A DNA stretch of 64,000 bases from a virus, in IMG/VR virus record IMGVR_UViG_3300046675_000234, positions 1 through 64,000 of that record; one strand, given 5' to 3'. Made by a program: the position numbers and the translations under genes. The notes under the pieces are model-generated. The model did not search any database. It was not told the origin of the DNA and worked only from the letters and a program-made list of their open reading frames with translations. This document shows positions 26,520 through 36,164 of this stretch, in pieces (the first letter of the stretch is position 1; each line of letters starts with the position of its first letter).

Positions 26520-28093
26520 GCCAGCCGTCCCGGCGGCGGGGTGGACGGCGGTTTAGCAGGCGGTGTCCGCTGCTGCGCCGCTGCCAGCGGCTGGCCGGGC
26601 GGCGGTCGCATGGAGGCACCTTGCGGCCTCATGGCCGCACGGTTCGCAATGGCGGTCGCGCCCGTCGCCAGCCCCTGGAGACCGCCGAGCGCACCGGCTG
26701 CCTCGGGCGGCATGCCGGGCGGCGGCTGGGCCTGGAGCGCCTCGGCGCGCTGGGACATGGTGGACACCAGCGCCTGGTGCACCTGGTCCACGTCGAGCTG
26801 GAGGATCGAGGCCATCCGCTCGGTGATCAGGTCCACCACCTGGATCGGGATGTGCAGCGCGGGAGCCGCCGCGATCTGGCCGAACAGGGTCAGCAGCGCC
26901 TGCTCCTGCTCGTCCTGGAGCGGGCCGAACTTGGCCTGCGGGAACGCGGCGTCCGGCCCGAAGTTGAGCACCGTCAGCGGCATGATGATCTGGTGGGAGT
27001 ACGCCTGGGCGATCTCGGCGGCCACGCCCTGCCGGGACTTGAGGTAGAAGCTGGACTGGTCCTGGCTCAGCGCGTAAGAGCCCTTGCCGCCTGTTGCGCT
27101 GGAGGTCAGCGCCATGAACCCGGCCAGAACCGAGTGCACCTGCCAGCCCTCCAGGAAGCTCAGCGCGTCATTGAAGAACTTGCCCGAGTCGGCGTTGTTC
27201 TCCATCACCTCGAACGCCTTCTGGCCCTGCTGCGGCTGCTCCATCCCGACCACGCCGCTGCTCTTCAGCGCAGCGATCGAGTCGGCGCGGTCGTTGGCGG
27301 TGGGCTGGTCCGGCCCGTAGACGACCACGCGGGGCAGCGCCTGGGTCTCCAGGAAGTGGTACCAGAGGTAGAGCAGCTTCATCTTGGTCTGATAGCACCA
27401 GTAGCTGACCTCCATCTCCGATGCCCCGGTCAGCGGCTCGCGGTGCTTGCCGTGGGTGTAGATAAACGACCGGACGTGCGGGATGTCCACGTAGCCGGGG
27501 ACCTTCTGCCGTGCGGCCTGCGCCATGAGCTGCCCGCCGAACAGCCAGACCTGCTGGCGGAAGCCGTGCGGTGCGGCGGTCCTGGCGTTGTAGCGGGCCT
27601 GGCAGGTGGCGCTCGGGCGGAAGCCGATCTTGTCGTAGATGATCTTGCCGTCGCTCTCGCGGATCTTCCAGACCTTCTCGAAGAACGCCCGCCGGTAGAT
27701 CTGGCCGGACGTGATCTGGCCGATCAGGTCCACGTTGGGCGTGCTCATCCCGCCCGCGTGGTCCGGGGTCATCAGCACGGACTTGGCCAGCTCCAGCTCG
27801 CCCTTGTCGCCCTTGGCCCCCGCGATGTCAAAGTCAGCCTCGCGGATCGGCAGGGTCAGCGCGGCCTCTACCGCAGAGCACAGCCCGTCCCGGCTGAACA
27901 TCGTCTTCATGTCACGGCTTGACCACTCACCGTAGTCAAAGACATCGCCCTCGCCGTAGTAGGCGAACAGCCGCTGCCCCCAGTCGAACGAGGTGCCGAT
28001 CTCAGGACCGAGCAGCTCGCGCCGGTTGGTCTTCAGGTCGGGCAGCTTCAGCACCTGGGCCAGGGTGCCGTTCGCGTTCTGGCTGGGAGGCAT
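26516..28093 (-). CDS. Portal protein (Mu gp29/DUF935-like)
   Basis: Follows terminase. FFEKVW, GSYALS and NFGP..FP motifs. Confidence 0.85.
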   Translation of the reverse strand: MPPSQNANGTLAQVLKLPDLKTNRRELLGPEIGTSFDWGQRLFAYYGEGDVFDYGEWSSRDMKTMFSRDGLCSAVEAALTLPIREADFDIAGAKGDKGELELAKSVLMTPDHAGGMSTPNVDLIGQITSGQIYRRAFFEKVWKIRESDGKIIYDKIGFRPSATCQARYNARTAAPHGFRQQVWLFGGQLMAQAARQKVPGYVDIPHVRSFIYTHGKHREPLTGASEMEVSYWCYQTKMKLLYLWYHFLETQALPRVVVYGPDQPTANDRADSIAALKSSGVVGMEQPQQGQKAFEVMENNADSGKFFNDALSFLEGWQVHSVLAGFMALTSSATGGKGSYALSQDQSSFYLKSRQGVAAEIAQAYSHQIIMPLTVLNFGPDAAFPQAKFGPLQDEQEQALLTLFGQIAAAPALHIPIQVVDLITERMASILQLDVDQVHQALVSTMSQRAEALQAQPPPGMPPEAAGALGGLQGLATGATAIANRAAMRPQGASMRPPPGQPLAAAQQRTPPAKPPSTPPPGRLA

Positions 28094-29756
28094 CTAACCG
28101 CCAATCGCGCCGGTTGGGGCTCTGGCCGTTCGGCTTCTCGTCCTCGTGCGGGGCGAAGCTGTCCAGGCCCCAGTCTCGCTCTTGATCGTAGGCCCCGTTA
28201 TGCGCCTCGGCCAGCTTGCGCTGGGCTCGGGTGGCCTGCGGGTCGGTCAGGACGCCTGCCAGCGGCCCGGTGACGTCGGTGCCGGTGTCCAGGTCATCGG
28301 AGCGCAGCCACTCCCGCTTGCCGCCGGGGACCGGCGGGCCGAACCAGGTGTCCAGGAACGGGTAGCAGGCCCACACCAGCGAGTCCAGCCGGTCGGGGGA
28401 GCGCTCGCCAGCCGCCCCGGTGAAGCTGCACATCTGGTCTTCCAGGTCCACGAAGCGCTCGGTGTCGGTGTGCCAGACCTTCTCCCCGCTCTGCGGGTCG
28501 GTGATCTGGTAGGTGACCTGCTTCTGGCAGTGCCGGACGATCTTGCGCTCGTACAGCGCGCTGACCGGCTCGGCGCGGGTGCGCTTGGCGTGGCTGGCGT
28601 GCACCTCGCGGTAGCGGACCCGGCCGACGTCCTTCATGACCTGCTCGAACGTGGCCTTCAGCCACTCCCCGCCGTGGTTCTGCTCGACCACCAGCGTGGC
28701 GTCCAGCTCCTGGGCCTTCTTGATCACCCGCTTGGCGAACATGACCGGGCTCTCCTGCCCGCCCCAGCTCTCGATCACGTACAGGTGCGGGTCATCGACC
28801 ATGCCGCGTCCCACCACGGTGTACGCCTGCTCGTCGCTGTCTTCCTTGCCATCGGAAGGGTCCACGCCGATGAAGACCTGGGTCAGCCAGGGCGGCCCGC
28901 CTTCCTCGTCCACGCCGGGGCTCAGGCAGGACTCGATCAGCTCGCGGGTCCACAGCGCGTTGGCGACGTCATCGAGCAGCTCGCCTTCCAGCTCCTGGCG
29001 CTCCAGCCGGGTGCCCTTGGCGCTGCCGACCACCGTCCGGTAGAACGCCTCGGACAGGTTGGCGATGTTGTCGATGGTGCGCAGCCGCCGGGTGATCACG
29101 CCGCCGTGCTCGGGCTCGTTGCGGATCAGCGAGCGGATCAGCTTGCGGGCTGACATGCTGACCTTGGGCGTGCCTGTGGCGATGATCTTGGAGACACCCT
29201 GGCGCACCGCGTACTTGAGTGACTCGCCCCAGGCCACCTCCCACTTCTTCCACAGCCCGATCTCGTCGCACCAGGCGGCCCGCAGGTTGCGGCCCTGGAT
29301 GCGCAGCCCGCCCTCGTCGGCGCTGTCCACGTAGATGATCAGCCCGGAGTGCAGCACCACCTGCCCGTAGGTGCGCCAGGCCGACCGGACGATGTTGGAG
29401 CGGTGATCCTTGACCTCGGCCATCGAGGTGCCCAGCGCCCGCAGGATGCCGCTCTCGCCCTCCACGCACTTGGTCCAGGCGTCGGCGTAGGTGGGCGCGA
29501 TGATGCCGTACTCGCCCTCGGTGTCGGTGTCGTCCAGGATGATGTCCGCCAGCCCCTGAGCGCCCGCACGGGTCTTGCCGCTGCCGCGCCCGCCCTGGAG
29601 GTAGAACACGCGCCACGGGTCGGGCAGCGGCGGCAGGATCTGCTCGGGCCGGGCCACGCCAGCCCGCCACCGCACGCGCGGGTCCTTGACCGGCTGGCTG
29701 AGCCGGGTGTCCGCCCACTCGGCCAGCAGGCTGGTGTCGGCCTCAGCGACGGTCAT
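28002..29756 (-). CDS. terL: Terminase large subunit
   Basis: Walker A GGRGSGKT, Walker B AAWCDE, nuclease GVDPS and SPDRLDSLVW. Confidence 0.95.
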   Translation of the reverse strand: MTVAEADTSLLAEWADTRLSQPVKDPRVRWRAGVARPEQILPPLPDPWRVFYLQGGRGSGKTRAGAQGLADIILDDTDTEGEYGIIAPTYADAWTKCVEGESGILRALGTSMAEVKDHRSNIVRSAWRTYGQVVLHSGLIIYVDSADEGGLRIQGRNLRAAWCDEIGLWKKWEVAWGESLKYAVRQGVSKIIATGTPKVSMSARKLIRSLIRNEPEHGGVITRRLRTIDNIANLSEAFYRTVVGSAKGTRLERQELEGELLDDVANALWTRELIESCLSPGVDEEGGPPWLTQVFIGVDPSDGKEDSDEQAYTVVGRGMVDDPHLYVIESWGGQESPVMFAKRVIKKAQELDATLVVEQNHGGEWLKATFEQVMKDVGRVRYREVHASHAKRTRAEPVSALYERKIVRHCQKQVTYQITDPQSGEKVWHTDTERFVDLEDQMCSFTGAAGERSPDRLDSLVWACYPFLDTWFGPPVPGGKREWLRSDDLDTGTDVTGPLAGVLTDPQATRAQRKLAEAHNGAYDQERDWGLDSFAPHEDEKPNGQSPNRRDWRLDASQPERERHPGPGAEAARPEDQPARAARS

Positions 29757-29843
29757 CTCAGGTCACACACCACGGTCTGCCCAGGACGGATGACAGCCGC
29801 GATCCAGCATTGCGGGCATGCCTTCCTGCACCAGTGGATCAGG

Positions 29844-30590
29844 TCAGGAAGCGAGCTTGACGTGCTCGCGGAAGACGGCACGGGCGGGCTCCATCTTCTC
29901 GGGCGGCACGCCAGCCTTGGTGAACGCCAGCGTCAGCGCGCGGTCGAGCATGTCGAGCGACTGCTGCCGGATGCCGACCAGCCGGGCGTCCAGGTTGAGC
30001 TTGGCGATGGAGATCAGCATGGTGCCCAGCCGCTCCATGGCCCGCTCGTACAGCACGATCTCGGCCCGGACCTGCTCACCGGTCCTGCCGCTGTAGCGGT
30101 ACTGGGCGGGCTTCAGCAGCGCCACCCGCTCCCGCAGCATGTTCTTCCAGGCGCGCATCTCCCCGGCGAGCTGCATCAGCTCGGCGTAGGGGTCCTGGAC
30201 CGGCTGGGCCTCGGCCAGCTTGCTGCCGTACTCCGCGATGATCTCCACGGCACGCTGCTCGGCCCCGCCGTTGATCAGCCGCAGCGCGGCAGCCCTGGAG
30301 GTGTTCGATCCGACGTTGGCCCCGTGGTTCTTGCAGGCAGGCGGATCAGTACCGGCCACCGCGTAGTAATGGCAGGCGTCCGGGGTGCCGAAGTCCTGGC
30401 GGCAGCGGCGGAAGCTGGTGATGGCCTCGGCTTCCTCTAGCAGCTCGTCGGGCATGTGGTGCAGGCAGTACTCCAGGCCCTCGACCTCGACGTTGCCGCA
30501 GTGCTGGCCGTCCCGGCGGAAGCCGGTGCACAGCGCGGTGCCGAAGCCGGGCGGGGTCGGCGGGATAGACGGCATGACCCCATTGTGCAC
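29844..30590 (-). CDS. terS: Terminase small subunit with two Cys/His zinc-finger-like repeats
   Basis: Upstream of terL. C..C..CLHH and C..C..CKNHG. LYERAMERL helical region. Confidence 0.7.
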   Translation of the reverse strand: MHNGVMPSIPPTPPGFGTALCTGFRRDGQHCGNVEVEGLEYCLHHMPDELLEEAEAITSFRRCRQDFGTPDACHYYAVAGTDPPACKNHGANVGSNTSRAAALRLINGGAEQRAVEIIAEYGSKLAEAQPVQDPYAELMQLAGEMRAWKNMLRERVALLKPAQYRYSGRTGEQVRAEIVLYERAMERLGTMLISIAKLNLDARLVGIRQQSLDMLDRALTLAFTKAGVPPEKMEPARAVFREHVKLAS

Positions 30591-30596
30591 GCATGA

Positions 30597-30628
30597 CGAA
30601 GGCCCCGCACGCAGGTGCGGGGCCTTCG
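30597..30628. terminator. 14-bp perfect inverted repeat, probable intrinsic terminator
   Basis: cgaaggccccgcac-gcag-gtgcggggccttcg, downstream of 30681-31418. Confidence 0.7.
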
Positions 30629-30680
30629 CAAAGCCGCCGGATCATTCCGCCCCCCGGTGCGGGCGGCGGCGGCTAGTTCC

Positions 30681-31418
30681 TCATCGCCGGGCGAGGCCGG
30701 TGGCCCACACCTGGATGTTGCTGTAGCGCGGCTGGATACGGTTCTGGAGGATCGGGTTGCCCCTGATCAGGCGCAGCGAGCAGACGCCACGGATGGTCGG
30801 GAACACCCACTGGCCGGTGAGCAGGTAGGTGCCGTTGCCGATCGAGTTGCGGAACAGGCTGCCGACCGGCCCGCCAGCGAACCTCCACACGCCGAGCTGG
30901 TTGACCGAGGCCACGCACAGCGCGAGGTTGACGCTCGGGAACGCGATACCGGTGTGGGGCACGTTCACCCTGCGCAGCAGGCCCGGCAGGCTGAACCGGG
31001 AGAACGTGTTGGTCTGGACGCCGAGATCATCAGAGCCGGTGCCGAAGACCGGGCCGTTGGCGATGACGCGGTTCTGCGTCACGACGTTGCCCACCGTGGT
31101 CTGCTGAAGCACGAACTGCTCAGGCGAGCAGCGCAGCGGGTTGACCACGGGGCGCGTCGGCTCGGGCGTCGGCGTGTTGCCGTGCCAGGCCGACAGGGCG
31201 ATCGGGCTGCCCTGGTCGGTCGGGGTGTCGGTGGGGGTGAAGGTGATCGGCCGCTGGTTGCAGGTCTGCGGCACCGGCCTCGGGGGCGGGGTGAACGTGT
31301 GGGTGAAGGACGGTGACGGGCTGGGCGTGACCCCGGCCGACGCGGAAGCCGCGCCCAGGCCGACCGTCATGCAGGATGCGGCGGCTACTGCTAGCGCCAC
31401 GTTGAGCTTGATGGACAT
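30681..31418 (-). CDS. Secreted protein of unknown function
   Basis: Sec signal peptide ending ASA, Pro/Thr linker, beta domain with Cys residues; GAAAGGA RBS. Confidence 0.75.
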   Translation of the reverse strand: MSIKLNVALAVAAASCMTVGLGAASASAGVTPSPSPSFTHTFTPPPRPVPQTCNQRPITFTPTDTPTDQGSPIALSAWHGNTPTPEPTRPVVNPLRCSPEQFVLQQTTVGNVVTQNRVIANGPVFGTGSDDLGVQTNTFSRFSLPGLLRRVNVPHTGIAFPSVNLALCVASVNQLGVWRFAGGPVGSLFRNSIGNGTYLLTGQWVFPTIRGVCSLRLIRGNPILQNRIQPRYSNIQVWATGLARR

Positions 31419-31646
31419 TGTTGTCCTTTCATGCAGTTGTTACCTTGGCTGACCATGGACAGGCCCCCCCTTGATCAGCGAGGCAATTTCCAGGTCATCG
31501 TGATCCCATCGTGATCGTTGGCTCGGGACGCACCGGCTGTCCCGCACCCCGACATTACACGCCCCCCAGGGGGTGTTGACACGGATTCGATCACGAAACG
31601 ATCACGAACACTCACAGTGAACTCTGAGCCTATCTTGATCCGGCCC

Positions 31647-32087
31647 TCACCTGAAGCGCATCGCCATCGTCGGCTGCCAGCCGCCCGGCCACCACCTGAC
31701 CCAGCCGACGCGCGTCCCGCTGTCGTGCGCACCGAAGCTCATCAGGTGCCAGATGGTGGCGAACTCGACGTGCCCGGAGCCGAAGAACAGCAGGTCCCCG
31801 CGCCGGGCCTCGGACAGCGGTATCCGGTACAGGTGCGGCCCGCCGCCGAGCATCGAGTAGGTGGAGTGCGGCACCGAGATCCCGTGCTGCGCCGCCGCCC
31901 ACACGACTAGCCCGCTACAGTCGAACGCGCCCGGCCCGGCCGCGCCGTAGGAGTACCAGTCACCGGTACGCGATTCGGCAGTGTTGAGGATCGAGCCGCC
32001 GAGGCTGCCGCCCGAGGCCGACGCGGCGGGTGCCAGGACGCAGACAGCCAGGAAGCAGGCTGCCAGCAGGCCGAGCAGGCGAGTCAC
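31647..32087 (-). CDS. Secreted NlpC/P60 peptidoglycan peptidase
   Basis: Signal peptide; YSYGAAGP.AFDCSGLV, GDLLFF..GHV, GAH. Confidence 0.9.
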   Translation of the reverse strand: MTRLLGLLAACFLAVCVLAPAASASGGSLGGSILNTAESRTGDWYSYGAAGPGAFDCSGLVVWAAAQHGISVPHSTYSMLGGGPHLYRIPLSEARRGDLLFFGSGHVEFATIWHLMSFGAHDSGTRVGWVRWWPGGWQPTMAMRFR

Positions 32088-32121
32088 CCGTGACTCAGTT
32101 GCTCTACGATCCGTTACCGTG

Positions 32122-33012
32122 TCAGCACCCATCGTAAGGGCTCCAGTTCGACTGGCCGCCCCGCGCGATGGCGTTGAGGAAGACCCGGCGCTGCTCGCCT
32201 ACCGAGGCGTGACCGAAGCTCCCGGAGCTGCCGCCGTACGCCTGCCAGGTGCTGGCGCTGAACTGATAGAGGCCGTAGTGCCCGCTGGCGTTCATGATCT
32301 GGGAGTTGCCGCCGCTCTCGCGGGCGATAACGCACCGCTCGAACGAGCCGTTACCCGAGTAACGGGAGCCGCTGTAGACGGAGACCCGGCGGTAGGTGCG
32401 CCCGGCGTGCCGGTAGCTGCTGGCCCCGCCGTGGTAGACGCTGTGGTGCAGCATCGAGCAGGGCATGTCCATCCCGTCGCCGTCGCCGTCGCCACACTGA
32501 TCGTGGTGTCCGTCCCACTGGTCGTGGTGCCCGCCGCTGCTGACATACGCCGTGGTGGCCACCTGGTGCCAGTGGTGGCGCGGCGCGATGGCGAACCGCA
32601 GCTCACCCGGCTTGTACACGCAGTCGATGGCCAGGAGCTGGCCCACGGTCAGCACGTTGGCGTTGTACGCGGTCAGGTGCTCGGCGCGGCTCTCCGCGTA
32701 GATGCCGGTCCAGTAGTCCGCGTGGCCGTGGCAGGCGTTGACCGCTACTGATGAGATCGACTCGCCAGCCGTCACCTTGTGCAGGGCCAGCGCCCGGTCA
32801 GCGCCCTGCCGGGCCGAGGCCAGGACCGCCCGCACAGCCTGCCGCATCACCGAGCCGTCCCGGCTGGTGTGCAGATCCGGGGCATCTTTCGCGGGTACTG
32901 CCGCGTGAGCTGCCTGGGTGCTGACCAGGGAGGCCAGCAGGGCGATGAGAGACAAATATGCCCACCGCAGATGTTTGATCGCGGCGGGCAGGTGCGCGTG
33001 TATGCGCTGCAT
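32122..33012 (-). CDS. Secreted LysM + Rpf-like lytic transglycosylase
   Basis: Signal peptide. HKVTAGESISSVA..LTVGQLLAI is LysM-like. CVIARESGGN..GLYQF..TW..GG..W is the Rpf core. Confidence 0.9.
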   Translation of the reverse strand: MQRIHAHLPAAIKHLRWAYLSLIALLASLVSTQAAHAAVPAKDAPDLHTSRDGSVMRQAVRAVLASARQGADRALALHKVTAGESISSVAVNACHGHADYWTGIYAESRAEHLTAYNANVLTVGQLLAIDCVYKPGELRFAIAPRHHWHQVATTAYVSSGGHHDQWDGHHDQCGDGDGDGMDMPCSMLHHSVYHGGASSYRHAGRTYRRVSVYSGSRYSGNGSFERCVIARESGGNSQIMNASGHYGLYQFSASTWQAYGGSSGSFGHASVGEQRRVFLNAIARGGQSNWSPYDGC

Positions 33013-33090
33013 GTGTACCCTTTTCGCAGAGATGGCCGCTTCCAGGGGAGGATTTCCAGGTCTCGCCCCTAGTCGCGCTTGTCCTCACCG

Positions 33091-33119
33091 ACGATAACAA
33101 GACGGTCTCAGGCTGTCAG
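33091..33119 (-). promoter_or_regulatory. Primary-sigma-type promoter for the rpf cassette
   Basis: CTGACA-N17-TATCGT with TG just upstream of the -10. Confidence 0.55.
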
Positions 33120-33137
33120 CGTTTTCGGCGGTGACAT

Positions 33138-33178
33138 GCGGGAGCCCAGGACCCGCACCTTGCGGGCCTGGGCTCTCG
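33138..33178. terminator. GC-rich hairpin insulating the rpf promoter from upstream genes
   Basis: gagcccagg.cccgca / tgcggg.cctgggctc. Confidence 0.55.
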
Positions 33179-33235
33179 TCAGTTCCAGGTATCTGATCGC
33201 ATAGGTCAGCAGCCTAGACCGGTGTTCTCAGGCCA

Positions 33236-33526
33236 TCAAGCGTGTGCCCACCGGCACAGCTTGGCGATGCACCGCCCGTCGTTGTGGAAGAACAGGCTGA
33301 CCTGCTCCGACGTATCGCAGGCAGGGCACCGGTCATCGGGATCATCCCCGTGATCGGCACATGCCGCGTGCACGTTCAGGACCGGCCAGGCCCGCCAGCC
33401 GCCGCAGGTCTGCGTGCCGTCCCCGGTGTGGTACCAGGCAGGCACCGTGACCAGCACCTCGCCGTCCCGCACGAACCCGGTGCAGTCCCGGATGCGCCGT
33501 CCGCAGCGTGCGCAGCGGCTGATCAA
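33236..33526 (-). CDS. Cys/His-rich hypothetical protein
   Basis: Several CxxC pairs; coupled to the upstream gene. Confidence 0.55.
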   Translation of the reverse strand: MISRCARCGRRIRDCTGFVRDGEVLVTVPAWYHTGDGTQTCGGWRAWPVLNVHAACADHGDDPDDRCPACDTSEQVSLFFHNDGRCIAKLCRWAHA

Positions 33527-34164
33527 TGCCGCGACGGCCAGAAGAACCCGGCCAGCCAGAGCACCACTCCGAGGGTGAAGTAACCGCCGCCGGTCATCAT
33601 CAGCACGCTCCCGGTCATGATCAGCGCGCAGGAGATGGCGAAGCTGCGGCTGGCCACATGCGCCATCAGGTACTGCCTGAACGTCGGCGGACGCTCGGTC
33701 TCAGGCGGCACCGGTGCCGGTGCTGGCGCGAGTATCCGCAGCTCATCGCACCATTTGCACAGCTCCGCGCCCGCCGGTCCCTTGACGTCGCCGTCATCGA
33801 GCCCGCACTTCGTGCAGGTGCCAGGCTGCCAGCCGCTCTGCGCCTCCGCGATCTCGCGGCGGCGCGCTCTCAGCTCGGCCTCGGCGGCGTCCAGGCCCAT
33901 GACCTGCCTGATCGCCGCGTCCTGCGCCCGCATGTGGAAGTGGAACGGGCACTGGCAGTCCGGTCCCTCGGAGCACTCCGGGTAGATGATGCTCCGCGAG
34001 ATCATGTCGCCGGTAATGGTCCCGGCCACGATGTTGCCGGTGGTCCAGTGGCTCTCATCGCCGTGCGGGTCGGTGCGCCCGCACACCGGGCACATCCCGG
34101 CGTTGATCTTGCGCACCGCCTCGCGCAGTGCTTCCTCGGCCTGCTCTTCAGGGGAGCCGGTCAT
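33523..34164 (-). CDS. Zn-finger-rich membrane protein
   Basis: CPVC, CTKC, CKWC plus two C-terminal TM helices. Confidence 0.6.
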   Translation of the reverse strand: MTGSPEEQAEEALREAVRKINAGMCPVCGRTDPHGDESHWTTGNIVAGTITGDMISRSIIYPECSEGPDCQCPFHFHMRAQDAAIRQVMGLDAAEAELRARRREIAEAQSGWQPGTCTKCGLDDGDVKGPAGAELCKWCDELRILAPAPAPVPPETERPPTFRQYLMAHVASRSFAISCALIMTGSVLMMTGGGYFTLGVVLWLAGFFWPSRH

Positions 34165-34450
34165 GCACGGTCCCTCCCATCAGCACGTCCTCGGTGACGA
34201 TGACCAGCCGCCAGCCGCCCGGCGGCAGGTCGATGCTCAGCCTGACCGGGACCTCGAACTTCTCGGCCGGGTCGATGTCCTCCATGTGGGGCCACAGATC
34301 CGGGTCGCGGTAGAGCATGCCCCGTACTGACGGGTGCACCTCCAGCCGCAGGCCCTCGGGCAGCCTGCGGCTGATGGGCGGGCCGTATTCCTCGGTGAGC
34401 TTGCTGGCTATGGCCTGCACCAGCTCCTTCGGCGCTACCGCGTCGTCCAC
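34148..34450 (-). CDS. Hypothetical protein
   Basis: Coupled ORF, plausible composition. Confidence 0.55.
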   Translation of the reverse strand: MDDAVAPKELVQAIASKLTEEYGPPISRRLPEGLRLEVHPSVRGMLYRDPDLWPHMEDIDPAEKFEVPVRLSIDLPPGGWRLVIVTEDVLMGGTVHDRLP

Positions 34451-34800
34451 TGCCTGTCCTCGCCCAGCACGTAGTCCCGGCGCTGGCCGTCAGTCTCGCG
34501 CAGCACCGTGCCCGCTTCCTCGTCCTTGCAGATCACCATGGCCATCTGGAGGTTCAGCGCCGTGACGTGCACCGTCTTGTAGGTGGCCTCCATGGAGTCG
34601 ATCTCGGCCTTCAGCCGGGCGACCTCGGCGGTCAGCTCCCCGATCTGCTCGCGCTGGTAGCTGAACACCGAGTCCGGCACGATCCAGGCGACCACCTCAT
34701 CGTCCAGGTAGACCTGGGTTGTCGTGCCCGCGTGCTGGCTGGCCAGCAGGGCTCCCCCGACCGGCCAGCCGTGGCCCGTCTTGATCCGCAGCTCAGCCAC
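34435..34800 (-). CDS. Hypothetical coiled-coil protein
   Basis: GTG at 34800 with RBS. Confidence 0.55.
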   Translation of the reverse strand: MAELRIKTGHGWPVGGALLASQHAGTTTQVYLDDEVVAWIVPDSVFSYQREQIGELTAEVARLKAEIDSMEATYKTVHVTALNLQMAMVICKDEEAGTVLRETDGQRRDYVLGEDRQWTTR

Positions 34801-35284
34801 GGGTGGCCTCTCTCTCGACCAGGGCGGTGGACACATGCGCCATCAGCGTCAGTATCTGGTCGGCGTCCTCGATAGAACCCCGGCTGATCTCCTTGCCCTC
34901 GGTCGCGTCCTTGTGACTGGCGTGCATCCACTCCGCGAACGCGGCGAACCGCTCCGGGTCGTTGTGCACGTACTCGGTGGTGAAGCTGCCGATCGCCAGC
35001 GCGGCGGCGCTGCGCATCTCGCCGCCGTCGATGCGCGGCACCACGAGCTGGAACTCGGACAGCGCGCCGCTGTGCCGCAGCAGCCGCGCGCCGACCTCGG
35101 TCACCGCCGCCTCGGACAGCTCGATCACCGTGGCGTCGATCCTGCTGGCGTCGAACGGGACCTCGGCCGTCTTCGCCAGCTTCTGGAGCTGCACGATCAG
35201 CACGGGGTCCTCGCGGATGAGCTGCATGGCCAGCACCGCGATCATGTGCGCGGTGCTGGCCTGCGTGGCGTCCTTGCTCGCCAT
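34793..35284 (-). CDS. Hypothetical protein
   Basis: Coupled ORF, 163 aa. Confidence 0.6.
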   Translation of the reverse strand: MASKDATQASTAHMIAVLAMQLIREDPVLIVQLQKLAKTAEVPFDASRIDATVIELSEAAVTEVGARLLRHSGALSEFQLVVPRIDGGEMRSAAALAIGSFTTEYVHNDPERFAAFAEWMHASHKDATEGKEISRGSIEDADQILTLMAHVSTALVEREATRG

Positions 35285-35607
35285 CAGCCGTTCTTCCTCT
35301 CAGCGACGGCGGCCTGGAGCCGCTCAACGGCGCTCTTCTCGCCGGGCAGCAGCGTCATCTGCTTCTCCACGCGCGGCAGCACCGCCTTGACGTCGGCGGC
35401 CTTGACCATGATCCAGCCCTCGTGCTCCCAGGCATACGGCAGGTCCATCGTGCCATCGGTGAGCCCCGCGTCCAGCTCGGCCCAGGCACGGGTGAACGCC
35501 TCGGCCGACTCGAACTCGCGCCGGGAGCCGCCCTCGGCGTCCTCCCAGTCCTTCACGCGGTCCCTGATCTCGTCGCGCAGGTCGTTCGCGCTCGGCTGGT
35601 CTGTCAT
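35284..35607 (-). CDS. Hypothetical protein
   Basis: Coupled ORF, 107 aa. Confidence 0.6.
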   Translation of the reverse strand: MTDQPSANDLRDEIRDRVKDWEDAEGGSRREFESAEAFTRAWAELDAGLTDGTMDLPYAWEHEGWIMVKAADVKAVLPRVEKQMTLLPGEKSAVERLQAAVAERKNG

Positions 35608-36092
35608 GACGCACCGCCAGCCGCTTCTGCCGCCTCTGCCTGCGCGGTGCGCGCGGCCTCCTTGAGGCTCCGGTACGTGCGGGACTTCAGGAACGCCGCC
35701 AGCTCATCGCGGGTGCGGTTGCGCTCGCTGATCAGGATCTCCAGTGCCTGGTACTCCGGTGCGGTCAGGCGCGGCATCGCGGTGCTGCCCTGGTAGCCGG
35801 GGATCTGCTCGGTCTTGCCGTTGTGCTGCCAGCGGACCATCAGGTTGCCGTTGGTGGCGTGGATGCTGGTCACCGTGCCGTTGCGCGGGCCTCTGTCGGT
35901 GACCTCGGTGAAGTCCAGCGCGAACGGGATCTTGATCTTGCGGGTCTTCCTGACCAGCTCGGCGTAACTCGCGGCCTTGATGATCTGGCTGGAGCCCTGC
36001 TCCACGCCCAGGTTGGTGACGAACTCGCCCTCGCCGTTGATGCTGACCGGGTAGCTCTGACCGGCTACCTCGACTGTCAGGTCAGTTTGCAT
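35604..36092 (-). CDS. Hypothetical protein
   Basis: ATG at 36092 preceded by the CAACGATGAGGAAG motif. Confidence 0.65.
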   Translation of the reverse strand: MQTDLTVEVAGQSYPVSINGEGEFVTNLGVEQGSSQIIKAASYAELVRKTRKIKIPFALDFTEVTDRGPRNGTVTSIHATNGNLMVRWQHNGKTEQIPGYQGSTAMPRLTAPEYQALEILISERNRTRDELAAFLKSRTYRSLKEAARTAQAEAAEAAGGAS

Positions 36093-36164
36093 TGCTCTCT
36101 TCCTCATCGTTGACCCGCCGGATCTCAGCGGGGGTGTTTACACAGTACAGCGTATCGTGGCCTC

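Noticed and set aside
28002-28093. Frameshift error at the terL/portal overlap
   Set aside because: All terL motifs end well before this, the overlap is a low-complexity tail and the portal has its own ATG
29753-29850. Short Cys-rich frame between terS and terL ending at the terL ATGA
   Set aside because: I did not identify a start codon or slippery site, so it cannot be supported as a gene
33013-33235. c-di-AMP (ydaO) riboswitch expected upstream of an rpf gene
   Set aside because: Conserved elements (GCTGAATCC, GGGGGACCCA, CCCGTCAGCTAAC) not found; only a hairpin and a promoter
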